Source: Candidatus Buchananbacteria bacterium (GTDB lineage Bacteria > Patescibacteriota > Patescibacteriia > Buchananbacterales > UBA6539). From it: a stretch of 64,000 bases of DNA. Shown piece by piece: positions 37,355-45,999 of the stretch (position 1 is the stretch's first letter; each line of letters starts with the position of its first letter). The notes below the pieces were generated by a model. The model was not told the origin of the DNA, searched no databases, and was given only the letters and a program-made list of their open reading frames with translations. Where the stretch lies: assembly GCA_013359225.1 (NCBI GenBank), contig JABWCG010000001.1, positions 206,362 through 270,361 of the forward strand. Reading direction: 5' to 3'. The position numbers were made by a program, and so were the translations under genes.

Positions 37355-38245
37355 ATGCGAAATATTTCTTCAAAACTTATAATTTTTTCTCGACGAATGT
37401 ATCTGAGTTTATTTTTGTTGTCAGTGGTGATTTCCCCGCAAACGGTTTTTGCCGCTGCAAGTTCAACAATACCGTTGGAGCTTACGGTTGGTATGCTGGT
37501 AAAGGGTAGTAATCCGGAAATATTTGTTTATCAAGCTGACGGATATTTGCATTGGATTCCGGATGAAGCAACGTTTGTTGCTAATAAATTTTTGTGGGAA
37601 GCAGTTATAACTTTAGACGACGAAGAATTGCTTAAACATTCTATTGGTGAGTCGCTTCCGGCGATTGCTCCAACTCCGACCGTTTGGACGGTGGCCGAAA
37701 CCGAAAAAAAAGTCCGTGAATTTTTTGCTGATATTCCATCAATGATTTCAATTGCTGAATGTGAATCGGGATTTCGTCAATTTAATGATGACGGCACCGT
37801 TTTAAAGGGTAGTAATTTATATGTTGGAATTTTTCAGATTGACGAAAAAATTCATGCCGATTGGGCAAAACAATTGGGGCTAGACATTTATACCGTTGAA
37901 GGTAATCTCGGGTATGCCAAACATTTGTATGATCAATCCGGCACCAGGCCGTGGGCTGGGTGTGTTAAAGCTCCGGTTTCCAGCTATTCATTGACGGGAA
38001 ATTTGAAAATGGGGGATGAAAATAAAGAGGTAAAAACACTGCAACAAATTTTGAATAAAATCGGTTATACTGTTGCTAAATCCGGCGTCGGTTCACCTGG
38101 CAATGAAACGCAATATTTTGGTTTGTTGACTCGTGAAGCAGTAAAGCGCTTCCAGTGTGCTAAGGGTATTGTTTGCAGTGGAACCCAAGAAACAACTGGC
38201 TATGGAATGGTTGGCCCCAAAACTCGCGCCGCACTTTTGAAATAA
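37355..38245 (+). CDS. Secreted lysozyme-like transglycosylase (Rpf/SLT-type) with a C-terminal peptidoglycan-binding domain.
   Basis: A signal peptide is present. 'IAECESGFRQFN...YVGIFQIDEKIHADW' resembles the transglycosylase catalytic motif. The C-terminal 'LQQILNKIGYTVAKSGVGSPGNETQYFGLLTREAVKRFQ' resembles a PG_binding_1 domain. Confidence 0.6.
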   Translation: MRNISSKLIIFSRRMYLSLFLLSVVISPQTVFAAASSTIPLELTVGMLVKGSNPEIFVYQADGYLHWIPDEATFVANKFLWEAVITLDDEELLKHSIGESLPAIAPTPTVWTVAETEKKVREFFADIPSMISIAECESGFRQFNDDGTVLKGSNLYVGIFQIDEKIHADWAKQLGLDIYTVEGNLGYAKHLYDQSGTRPWAGCVKAPVSSYSLTGNLKMGDENKEVKTLQQILNKIGYTVAKSGVGSPGNETQYFGLLTREAVKRFQCAKGIVCSGTQETTGYGMVGPKTRAALLK

Positions 38246-38304
38246 AGATTTTTTAGTTTCATATTAAAACCGCTTCAAGGAAGCGGTTTTAATATGGGGA
38301 AAAA

Positions 38305-38499
38305 TTATTTCTTAAAAGTAAACAAGTCATCAATTGTTGTTTTTAGCGCGACGGCGACATCATGAGCAAGTTTTAACGATGGATTATATTTGCCCTGCTC
38401 CAAAAAAACAATCGTTTCGCGCCGGACGCCGGCTTTTTTTGCCAGCTCTTCTTGGGTAATATTCAAAGCGGTTCGTAATTCTTTGATTCGGTTTTGCAT
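38305..38499 (-). CDS. XRE-family helix-turn-helix transcriptional regulator, 64 aa.
   Basis: '[41 protein letters not shown]' is a canonical HTH_XRE. Confidence 0.8.
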   Translation of the reverse strand: MQNRIKELRTALNITQEELAKKAGVRRETIVFLEQGKYNPSLKLAHDVAVALKTTIDDLFTFKK

Positions 38500-38508
38500 A
38501 TGTTTAGA

Positions 38509-39054
38509 TTATCGGCACTCAACATCCGGCGCCGGAAATGAGGGGTTGCCGTGCTGGACCCACTGGCCATTCTGGCAAATCCAGTCATCTTCGCCGGAAA
38601 GCAGTCTGACGCCAAACATAACTGCGGCGGCAAATACTAAACAAGCGATAATAGCGTAGAGGATTTTTTTATTTGAGAATTTAATCTTGTCATGATAGCG
38701 AAAAAGCAGGGCGTAAAGCAGCATTAAAATACAAGTGGAAAACGCTAAAGTCATAGCAATCGGTTCATAGGCCGGGTTTAAATCGCGTTTGGCATAGGCC
38801 ACAAACATTACTATCACCGCCAACCAAGAATACACCTGGATTGCCAGCAGTGCTGCCTTGCCACCGGCGAGGTAGTCACGTTCGTCAGCAATAACTCCAT
38901 CGACTTTACGGCGCAGATAAAACAGCACCACGGCCGAAAGCGTTAAAACGATGATGGGGATAATAAAACTTTTTAGGATAATGGCTTGGGAAAAAACCAT
39001 GGCGATCATAACCGTCGTGATGATTCTGACGGTGCGGTATTGTTTGATTGTCAT
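38509..39054 (-). CDS. Membrane protein cotranscribed with the XRE regulator.
   Basis: Four to five transmembrane helices are predicted. Its stop is 10 nt from the XRE start. Confidence 0.5.
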   Translation of the reverse strand: MTIKQYRTVRIITTVMIAMVFSQAIILKSFIIPIIVLTLSAVVLFYLRRKVDGVIADERDYLAGGKAALLAIQVYSWLAVIVMFVAYAKRDLNPAYEPIAMTLAFSTCILMLLYALLFRYHDKIKFSNKKILYAIIACLVFAAAVMFGVRLLSGEDDWICQNGQWVQHGNPSFPAPDVECR

Positions 39055-39157
39055 AAATCGTTAAAGTTAGAATTAATTAACATATTTTTATGTTACATTA
39101 TTCTAACATTGCTGTCAAGCCTTCTGTCCGAATCGGTCTTGACTCTAACGTTACGGT

Positions 39158-39940
39158 ATGGTTTATACTGATTACAGTATGGCATACACTATTGGTCAGT
39201 TGGCAAAATTGTCAGGGGTAACAATTAGGACGCTTCATCATTATGATGAAATCGGCCTGCTTTCTCCTGGTAAAAATAGTAAAAATAATTATCGTTTATA
39301 CGAAGAAAAGGACTTGCTTCGTTTGCAGCAAATACTTTTTTTCCGCGAGTTGGATTTTGCCTTGGCCGATATTAAAAAAATAATTGACCGACCGGATTTT
39401 GCAGTGAGCCAAGCCCTGCGTGATCATAAGCGTTTGATTAAACTAAAACAAAAAAGATTGGATAATCTTATTAAGACAATTGATAAAACAATTAATCATA
39501 TGACTAAACAATCAATCATTAAAGACGAAGAACTTTACGATGTTTTTAAAGATAACGACGTTAAGCAATATCAGCAAGAAGTTAAGCGGCGCTGGGGCGA
39601 TACGTCTGCTTATCAACAGAGTATGGCAGAAGTTAGCAAGATGACTAAGGGGGAAATGGAAAAATTAAAACAGGACGCAAAAATTTTTACTCAGAAGTTG
39701 GCCGACGCAATGGATAAAAAAATTGAAAGTCCCGAAGTACAAAATCTAATCAAAGAGCATTATCAAGGAATCAATTTTTTCTATGACTGTTCAATTCCAA
39801 TGTATCGTCATTTGGCTCAGATGTATGTTGATGATAGCCGCTTTACTGCTTATTACGAAAAGTTTCGTCCGGGGCTGGCAAAGTTTGTCCGCGATGCCAT
39901 ATGTTACTTTTGCGACCAAAAAGAAAAAACCTCTGATTAA
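39158..39940 (+). CDS. MerR-family regulator with a TipAS-like C-terminal effector domain.
   Basis: The N-terminal MerR HTH is 'YTIGQLAKLSGVTIRTLHHYDEIGLL'. The C-terminal ~150 aa resemble the TipAS/Mta domain. Confidence 0.75.
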   Translation: MVYTDYSMAYTIGQLAKLSGVTIRTLHHYDEIGLLSPGKNSKNNYRLYEEKDLLRLQQILFFRELDFALADIKKIIDRPDFAVSQALRDHKRLIKLKQKRLDNLIKTIDKTINHMTKQSIIKDEELYDVFKDNDVKQYQQEVKRRWGDTSAYQQSMAEVSKMTKGEMEKLKQDAKIFTQKLADAMDKKIESPEVQNLIKEHYQGINFFYDCSIPMYRHLAQMYVDDSRFTAYYEKFRPGLAKFVRDAICYFCDQKEKTSD

Positions 39941-39955
39941 GCCAGAGGTTTTTTG

Positions 39956-40834
39956 TTATGAAGTTTGGTCGGGGTTGTTTTGGGCGGCGCGAATTGCGGT
40001 CGCGCTAATTGCTTCAATGTGCGAATCAAGTCTGATTTCGCGGATGCCCCAGCCGACTTCGCGGCCATAGCAAATATCCTCAATGTCGGGGATGACAATA
40101 ATTTTAACGGTATCACCAAAGATTTTTCTAAACATTTCTTTTCGTTCAGTTACCGAGTATGGATTTTTTTCGTCAATCGGGGTGTGCCGCAAAGCGACGC
40201 ACACCTGTTTGCCTTCGTCCAGCACTTTGCGGATTAAACTAATATGACCATCGTGCAGCGGCTGGAACCGCCCGATAAACATTGAATATTTTTTGGGAGC
40301 AAAATAGTTATCTAAAATCAACTGGACTGATTCAGCAACATTCAAAGTGTCAGAATGAATTTCCAGTGCGTCAGTTGGCGGTTCGTAGGGGTCGGAAATT
40401 CCCGTGAAGTTGGTAATGGCACCAGCTAAAGCTTTTTTGTATAACCCTTTGACGTCACGGCGAATGCATTCTTTAAGGTTGCAATTAACAAAAACTTCAA
40501 CGACGTTTGGGTATTGCTTTTTTATTTCATCGCGGACTGATTTGATCGGGCTGACCAGCGCCACAATCACCGGGGTGTAGCGACTAAACCGTTCGGCCAT
40601 TTCAGCCACCATTAACATGTGTTTGCGCCGACCCTCAGTTGAAAAATCCTGGTTATCAATAATCAAGCGAATTTCGTCGCCGTCAAGAATTTCTGCATTG
40701 ATGTGCTTGGCCAATTCCCGGGCAATGGTGGTTTTGCCGCTACACGGCAGGCCAGTGAGCCAAATAATCTGATTCATTTTAGTTAATTTTCTAGTGTTGG
40801 TCAGCTGCGTGCTTAAATAACAAACCCGAAACAA
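39956..40834 (-). CDS. Fusion protein: an N-terminal P-loop kinase (APS-kinase/AAA_33-like) and a C-terminal cytidylyltransferase-like nucleotidyltransferase (HxGH motif).
   Basis: The P-loop is 'IIWLTGLPCSGKTTIAREL'. The nucleotidyltransferase motif is 'FIGRFQPLHDGHISLI'. Confidence 0.55.
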   Translation of the reverse strand: MFRVCYLSTQLTNTRKLTKMNQIIWLTGLPCSGKTTIARELAKHINAEILDGDEIRLIIDNQDFSTEGRRKHMLMVAEMAERFSRYTPVIVALVSPIKSVRDEIKKQYPNVVEVFVNCNLKECIRRDVKGLYKKALAGAITNFTGISDPYEPPTDALEIHSDTLNVAESVQLILDNYFAPKKYSMFIGRFQPLHDGHISLIRKVLDEGKQVCVALRHTPIDEKNPYSVTERKEMFRKIFGDTVKIIVIPDIEDICYGREVGWGIREIRLDSHIEAISATAIRAAQNNPDQTS

Positions 40835-41399
40835 TAAACAGCAAAACGAAAAATGCGTTTAATACAAAGACGGCAATAACACCGGGACTAAACGCCGGTT
40901 GCCAAATCGTTAATGCAATCACGGGAACTAAGGCCTGGGTTAGCGCGGTTGCGAATAAGACGAACGACATTTTGCGAGGTTTGAGGCGGGCGATAATGGT
41001 GCCGATAAAGCCGACAGCAAGGACGCCAAAGTATAATAAATTAGCGGGGTTGTTTTCGCTGCCGATAATCCCGACTGCACCATTGATCCAGACAAGCAGA
41101 AAAGCAGTTGCTAGGGCGATTGCCACAGCGGTTTTGAATGTGGGAGTGTTGGCTTGTTTAGTAATTAACTCATATGCCAAAGCGGCGCCAAACATCAGAC
41201 CGCCCATAAGTATAAAATCAAACAAACTCCAGTTTACTTCTTTGGTAAATTGCATCGCTACCAAGGGGATTAGCAGTACGAGTATGACGATCACGACCCA
41301 GATGCTTAGTCTTTTGGTGATGTTTGACATAGTAGTAAAAGTTATTTTAATTTTAGCGATGAGGACAGCCAGCCCAACAGCAAGGTCGTCGCATACCAC
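40791..41399 (-). CDS. Hypothetical membrane protein.
   Basis: Six hydrophobic helices are predicted. Confidence 0.45.
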   Translation of the reverse strand: MVCDDLAVGLAVLIAKIKITFTTMSNITKRLSIWVVIVILVLLIPLVAMQFTKEVNWSLFDFILMGGLMFGAALAYELITKQANTPTFKTAVAIALATAFLLVWINGAVGIIGSENNPANLLYFGVLAVGFIGTIIARLKPRKMSFVLFATALTQALVPVIALTIWQPAFSPGVIAVFVLNAFFVLLFIVSGLLFKHAADQH

Positions 41400-41604
41400 C
41401 CCGCATCTTGGAAAGGGCCTTGTCTATTCGAATGTTTCTGGTTTCCGCTTTTTTGCCGGAAGTAACCCAACAAATCCATTCGTTGCGTGCGAGTGGTGTG
41501 ATGTCTTGCCAGATTAAAAACACTTTTGGGTCGGAAGTAATCGCTTTTTTAAAATCAGTTGGCAGTTTATGAATTGTGCCCGAAGAGATTTCTTGCTTAG
41601 TCAT
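41353..41604 (-). CDS. YdeI/OmpD-associated-like small protein.
   Basis: An 83-aa ORF whose family assignment rests on memory. Confidence 0.4.
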   Translation of the reverse strand: MTKQEISSGTIHKLPTDFKKAITSDPKVFLIWQDITPLARNEWICWVTSGKKAETRNIRIDKALSKMRGGMRRPCCWAGCPHR

Positions 41605-41607
41605 AGA

Positions 41608-41775
41608 TTACTTGTGAGTCTTTTTTCGGTTTTTTATTGCGACAGCAATAACGGTGATAATTACTATCAGTCCAATTAATTGTGCGCCCGGACTATCGTC
41701 AAAGCCGCCGAAGATAATCATAAAAACCCCGAAGGCGATGGCGAGTAGGTAATATAGTATTTTGATTTTGTTCAT
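41608..41775 (-). CDS. Small 55-aa membrane protein, not in the ORF track.
   Basis: The ATG at 41773-41775 opens 'MNKIKILYYLLAIAFGVFMIIFGGFDDSPGAQLIGLIVIITVIAVAIKNRKKTHK*'. It ends 4 nt before the downstream gene's start. Confidence 0.3.
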   Translation of the reverse strand: MNKIKILYYLLAIAFGVFMIIFGGFDDSPGAQLIGLIVIITVIAVAIKNRKKTHK

Positions 41776-41862
41776 AATAAATATAGTATACCATAAAACC
41801 GGCCTGTTCGGCCGGCCTCATTATGTTGGTGCATATTAGATTATTTATGATATAATCAAATT

Positions 41863-42318
41863 ATGAAAAAACTTCAATTTACAATTGAAATAAAAGCTTC
41901 TAAAGAAAAAGTGTGGAGCACTATGCTTGAGGATAAAACCTATCGGCAGTGGGCAGCCACATTTAGTCCAGGCTCCTACTATAAAGGAGATTGGAGTAAG
42001 GGGTCTAAGATGCATTTCCTTGGGCCAAACCCACAAACAGGGGAAGAGGGTGGCATGGTGAGTGAAGTTTTAGAAAATAGGCCACATGAATTTATTTCTC
42101 TTGGGCACATTGGTTTTGTGCAAAACGGAAAAGAAGACACCGTTAGTGAAGAAGCCAAAAAATGGACCTCGGCGTTTGAAAATTATACTTTTAATGAAAA
42201 GAATGGTGCAACCGAACTTGTGGTAGACTTGAATGTTACGGATGAATTAGCGGAAGAGTTTGAGAAAATGTGGCCTGATGCTTTACAAAAGTTAAAGGAG
42301 CTTTCGGAAATCAAATAA
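41863..42318 (+). CDS. SRPBCC/AHSA1-family protein.
   Basis: The N-terminus 'IEIKASKEKVWSTMLEDKTYRQWAA' is typical. Confidence 0.65.
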   Translation: MKKLQFTIEIKASKEKVWSTMLEDKTYRQWAATFSPGSYYKGDWSKGSKMHFLGPNPQTGEEGGMVSEVLENRPHEFISLGHIGFVQNGKEDTVSEEAKKWTSAFENYTFNEKNGATELVVDLNVTDELAEEFEKMWPDALQKLKELSEIK

Positions 42319-42344
42319 AACTCTAAAGATAAAACTTTAAACAA

Positions 42345-42378
42345 AAAACTCCTCTTTTGGTAGAGGAGTTTTTTGTGG
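42345..42378. terminator. Bidirectional Rho-independent terminator.
   Basis: The sequence is AAAAAACTCCTCT-tttggt-AGAGGAGTTTTTTG. Confidence 0.8.
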
Positions 42379-42447
42379 TAGCCCTTATCGGGACGCGACT
42401 CGAACTTTTTTGAAGCAGTTAAGCAAAATTCTTACACGCGACTTTAC

Positions 42448-44241
42448 TTACGGTTCAATGCTTGATTGAATTATTAAATCAATAGATTGCAAAAATGTCG
42501 CCGGCAAAATTTTTTTACTCGCTAACATATCATAAAGTCGCTCCAATATAAAAGTCTTTTTTATATCACTTCTTTTTACAAACCCTTTCATTTTTTCCAC
42601 TTTTGTTATTCTGTCAAGAAGTTTAAAATTGTTTAAATCTTGTTTATTTTTCTGATCAAGATTGAAAAATTTTACTCCTTCCTGCAAAAACCATTTTATT
42701 ATTTCATCAACATTTTCCTGAGAAACTAGGGCTTGTTCGATAGAATCTTTAAATATTAAAAAACCGTTGGTCTTGAAATGTTTTTTGGAATATTTGAATA
42801 TTTTTGATGAATCACCTTGAGACTTAAAATTTTTTTTATAGTATTTAATAAATTTATTAAACCCCACCTTGTTTAACTGTTTCATTTGTATTAACTGATT
42901 TTCCAGGGATTCACAAGAATCTTTCCGTGACATAACATCTCCATCAAAACTGATAATGAGTGGGATGTTAAATTGGCTTATGACTTTGTAATAATCAAAA
43001 ATCCTTGAGTAGCCACCATAGGGAATGATAACCGTAGAAAAGTGTTTTCTCCCTCTCAGGGTTTTTTTAATAATTCTATAGTCCGTAAGCCCCTCAACTA
43101 AAATTGCCTTATCTGAAAAAAACAACTCTGACCCAACTACGTCAGTTTTATCATAAATATCGTACAATAGGCGTGATGTAACAGATATTTGAGTGCTTTT
43201 ACAATCACTTCCTTCTTTCCACATCTTTACTACATTCTTATAGTCTTCAGGTCCAAGCTCGTTCACCACTACCGATGAATGTGTGCTGATTATTGATTGG
43301 GTTTCGTCATTTTTAATGTAGTTAAAAATTGCGCGTTGAGCACCGGGGTGCAAAAATATTTCCGGCTCCTCAATCCCCAATATAACAATTGGCTTAGTGC
43401 CAAGCTGATTGGCAACAAATTTGATCAGCGTTATTAAAATAATACTTTGTAGTCCGGTTCCTTGATATTTAAAATTAGTTTTTATATCATCTTTGTTTAT
43501 AAGATGAAGATTAATGGTTTGGCCCATGAGTTCAATAAAATGCTCTTGGTTAAAAATAAATTCAACTTTTTCATTGTTATCAAAATTAAATTCATGCAAG
43601 ACAGACCCTATTAAATCTTCTGAGTCTTTAAATTTTTTATGAAGTATTGACCAAAAATTATTGTATGCTTTGATATATTTCCGAGCTCCTTGAAGGCTTA
43701 GTTTCAAAAATTCTAAAAGAATGGTTTTTTCAATTTCAGTATCTTTAAGTCTTATTGCTGATATCTTTGCAAATTTAACGTTATTTCTAACGGCCTCAAA
43801 TAATTCATTGGCTTTTGACTTTTCCCCGACAAAGGACGTCAGCTTTCCGCGTTTAGATGTTATGCAAATTTTTCTTTTTTGAATTTCATTAAAATTTCTA
43901 GGATATTCAATCTCAACATCCAATACCAAATTGTCGTGCCCTCGTACTTTCCGAAAATGATAGCCTAATTTTCTAGTGAGTAATTTTTTTGTTTTATCTT
44001 TTTCGAATCTGAGCTTAATCTTAGTGGAAGCCCTGTAGCCACGCCCGCCTTTCTGTAACTGTTGAGGATAATCTAAATCAGAATCGTATGGCGCATCATT
44101 AAAAAATAGATCAAGTGCATTTAGTACGGTAGATTTGCCAGAATTATTTGGCCCTACGAGAAGAAGAAAATCTCCTATATTGAAAGCAGCTGAACCGCAT
44201 ATACTTCTATAATTTTTTATCTCTATGGAAATAAGTCTCAT
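42448..44241 (-). CDS. OLD-family nuclease: an N-terminal ABC-type ATPase plus a C-terminal Toprim domain.
   Basis: Walker A is 'LLLVGPNNSGKST'. The signature-like motif is 'YQGTGLQS'. Walker B / D-loop is 'IVILGIEEPEIFLHP'. The H-loop is 'ISTHS'. The Toprim is 'AILVEGLTDYRII...ISFDGD'. The locus is very AT-rich compared with its neighbours. Confidence 0.8.
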   Translation of the reverse strand: MRLISIEIKNYRSICGSAAFNIGDFLLLVGPNNSGKSTVLNALDLFFNDAPYDSDLDYPQQLQKGGRGYRASTKIKLRFEKDKTKKLLTRKLGYHFRKVRGHDNLVLDVEIEYPRNFNEIQKRKICITSKRGKLTSFVGEKSKANELFEAVRNNVKFAKISAIRLKDTEIEKTILLEFLKLSLQGARKYIKAYNNFWSILHKKFKDSEDLIGSVLHEFNFDNNEKVEFIFNQEHFIELMGQTINLHLINKDDIKTNFKYQGTGLQSIILITLIKFVANQLGTKPIVILGIEEPEIFLHPGAQRAIFNYIKNDETQSIISTHSSVVVNELGPEDYKNVVKMWKEGSDCKSTQISVTSRLLYDIYDKTDVVGSELFFSDKAILVEGLTDYRIIKKTLRGRKHFSTVIIPYGGYSRIFDYYKVISQFNIPLIISFDGDVMSRKDSCESLENQLIQMKQLNKVGFNKFIKYYKKNFKSQGDSSKIFKYSKKHFKTNGFLIFKDSIEQALVSQENVDEIIKWFLQEGVKFFNLDQKNKQDLNNFKLLDRITKVEKMKGFVKRSDIKKTFILERLYDMLASKKILPATFLQSIDLIIQSSIEP

Positions 44242-44340
44242 AGCCTATGGTATTAATATATAGTAAGAATACCAAAAAATCGCCTACAGGGCGATTTTTT
44301 GACTTTTAACCTTTCAGGGTCTTCCGATAAAATTTTTCTT

Positions 44341-44415
44341 TGGTAGCGCCACGGGGAATCGAACCCCGGTTACATGGATGAGAACCATGCGTCCTAGCCG
44401 CTAGACGATGGCGCC
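44341..44415 (-). tRNA. tRNA-Glu(CUC).
   Basis: The reverse complement folds as a cloverleaf with anticodon loop TTCTCAT, T-loop GGTTCGATTCC and an encoded CCA. A minus-strand TTGACT-17-TATTAT promoter lies upstream. Confidence 0.85.
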
Positions 44416-44529
44416 ATAAAACGAATTCTATAATAACTAATTTTTGGCTTTTAGTCAATAAGTATCATTGACAATCAATGCTCTTTCGTGTAGAATCTAT
44501 TATTGTTATTAATCAATTTTTTAATCAAA

Positions 44530-45984
44530 ATGGCTCAGGAAGTAATTGTCCGATTTGAAGACGTCACGTTTGAATATGAACACAAAAAGCCTCTGCTTGA
44601 CGAGGCTAGTTTTAGCGTGCGCACCGGATCAAAAATTACCCTGATGGGTCAAAACGGTGCCGGCAAGTCAACAATTTTTAATTTGATCAAGGGCAACCTT
44701 AAACCAAAAAGCGGCAAAGTTTCAATCGCAGGCGGCGCGACAATCGGTTCGGCGTTGCAAGTTGTTGCCAGAGAAGATCTGGATTTAACGGTTGAACAAT
44801 ATTTTGCCAAAGGTTTTGAGATTGTGCCGCCTGGCCTGAAAAGCAATATCAGTAAGGTTTTGGAAGTTGTCAATCTGCAGATTCCAACTGATCGCAAAGT
44901 CGGAGATTTGTCTGGCGGTCAGCAGGCCCGGCTGTTATTGGCATCGGCCTTGATTCAAAACCCAGATATCTTGTTGCTTGATGAGCCGACCAATAATTTG
45001 GACCAGGCGGGGATTGATCACTTGATTCAATTTTTGATTATGTATCCTAAAACCGTGATTGTAATTTCCCACGACGCGGACTTTTTGAACTGTTTTACCG
45101 ATGGTGTTATTTATTTAGACGTTTTTACCAGAAAACTTGAAACCTACGTTGGTGACTACTATTCGGTGGTAGAAGAAATCAAAAACCGAATTGAGCGCGA
45201 ACAAAAGAAAAATGCGCAACTGGAAAAACAAATTCAAGACCGCAAAGACAAGGCTAACTTTTTTTCTCATAAGGGTGGCAAAATGCGAAAACTTGCCAAA
45301 AAGATGCGCGATGAAACTGAAGAAATGGAAGAAGAAAAAGTTGACGTTCGCCGAGACGATAAAACCATTCGCGAATTTGAAATTCCGGCGCAGGATATTT
45401 TTGGCGACCTTGTGACTATTTCTTCAGTCAAAATTATTAAAAATCATGAGCCGGTTACACGGGAAGTAACAAGAGTCTTGGGCAAGCGTTCGCGGTTGTT
45501 GATTTCTGGTCCAAACGGCATTGGTAAAAGTACCTTGTTGCGGTCGTTAATTTCCAATCAGCACGAGGGTGTAAAAATTTTAGACGGCGTGCGCGTTGGC
45601 TACTATAGCCAAGACTTTGCGACGCTGGATTTTAACCAGACGGTATTTGATTGTTTGTGGCAAGCCCGAGGCCGCGACGATATTGATGAACAAAAAATGC
45701 GATCAATTGCCGCCGGGTTTTTGATTACCGGTGAACTGATGCCGCGTAAAATCGGCCAACTGTCTGAAGGCCAAAAAGGCTTATTATCGTTTGCCAAGTT
45801 GGTATTGATGCAACCAGGGCTTTTGGTTTTAGACGAGCCGACCAACCATATCAACTTCCGCCATATTCCGGTGATCGCCAAAGCGATTAATGAATACGAG
45901 GGCGCATTGATTTTGATTTCGCACATGGCCGAATTTGTTAAAGATGTCCATGTTGACGATTATTTGGATTTAGGCAAGCTTTAA
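44530..45984 (+). CDS. ABC-F family ATPase with two ABC domains and no transmembrane region.
   Basis: Two Walker A motifs ('GQNGAGKST' and 'GPNGIGKST') and two signature motifs ('LSGGQQ' and 'LSEGQK') are separated by a charged linker. Confidence 0.85.
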   Translation: MAQEVIVRFEDVTFEYEHKKPLLDEASFSVRTGSKITLMGQNGAGKSTIFNLIKGNLKPKSGKVSIAGGATIGSALQVVAREDLDLTVEQYFAKGFEIVPPGLKSNISKVLEVVNLQIPTDRKVGDLSGGQQARLLLASALIQNPDILLLDEPTNNLDQAGIDHLIQFLIMYPKTVIVISHDADFLNCFTDGVIYLDVFTRKLETYVGDYYSVVEEIKNRIEREQKKNAQLEKQIQDRKDKANFFSHKGGKMRKLAKKMRDETEEMEEEKVDVRRDDKTIREFEIPAQDIFGDLVTISSVKIIKNHEPVTREVTRVLGKRSRLLISGPNGIGKSTLLRSLISNQHEGVKILDGVRVGYYSQDFATLDFNQTVFDCLWQARGRDDIDEQKMRSIAAGFLITGELMPRKIGQLSEGQKGLLSFAKLVLMQPGLLVLDEPTNHINFRHIPVIAKAINEYEGALILISHMAEFVKDVHVDDYLDLGKL

Positions 45985-45999
45985 TGTGATAATGAGGAT

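Noticed and set aside
42379-42410. A tRNA 3'-end-like sequence next to the OLD nuclease gene as an att-site direct repeat.
   Set aside because: It shares only about 7 nt with the 3' end of the adjacent tRNA-Glu and does not fold as a T-arm. It is mentioned as a weak possibility only.
42448-44241. Calling the OLD-family gene a Gabija system.
   Set aside because: No UvrD-like helicase (GajB) is present within the flanking terminators. It was reported as a standalone OLD / fused-PARIS-like candidate instead.
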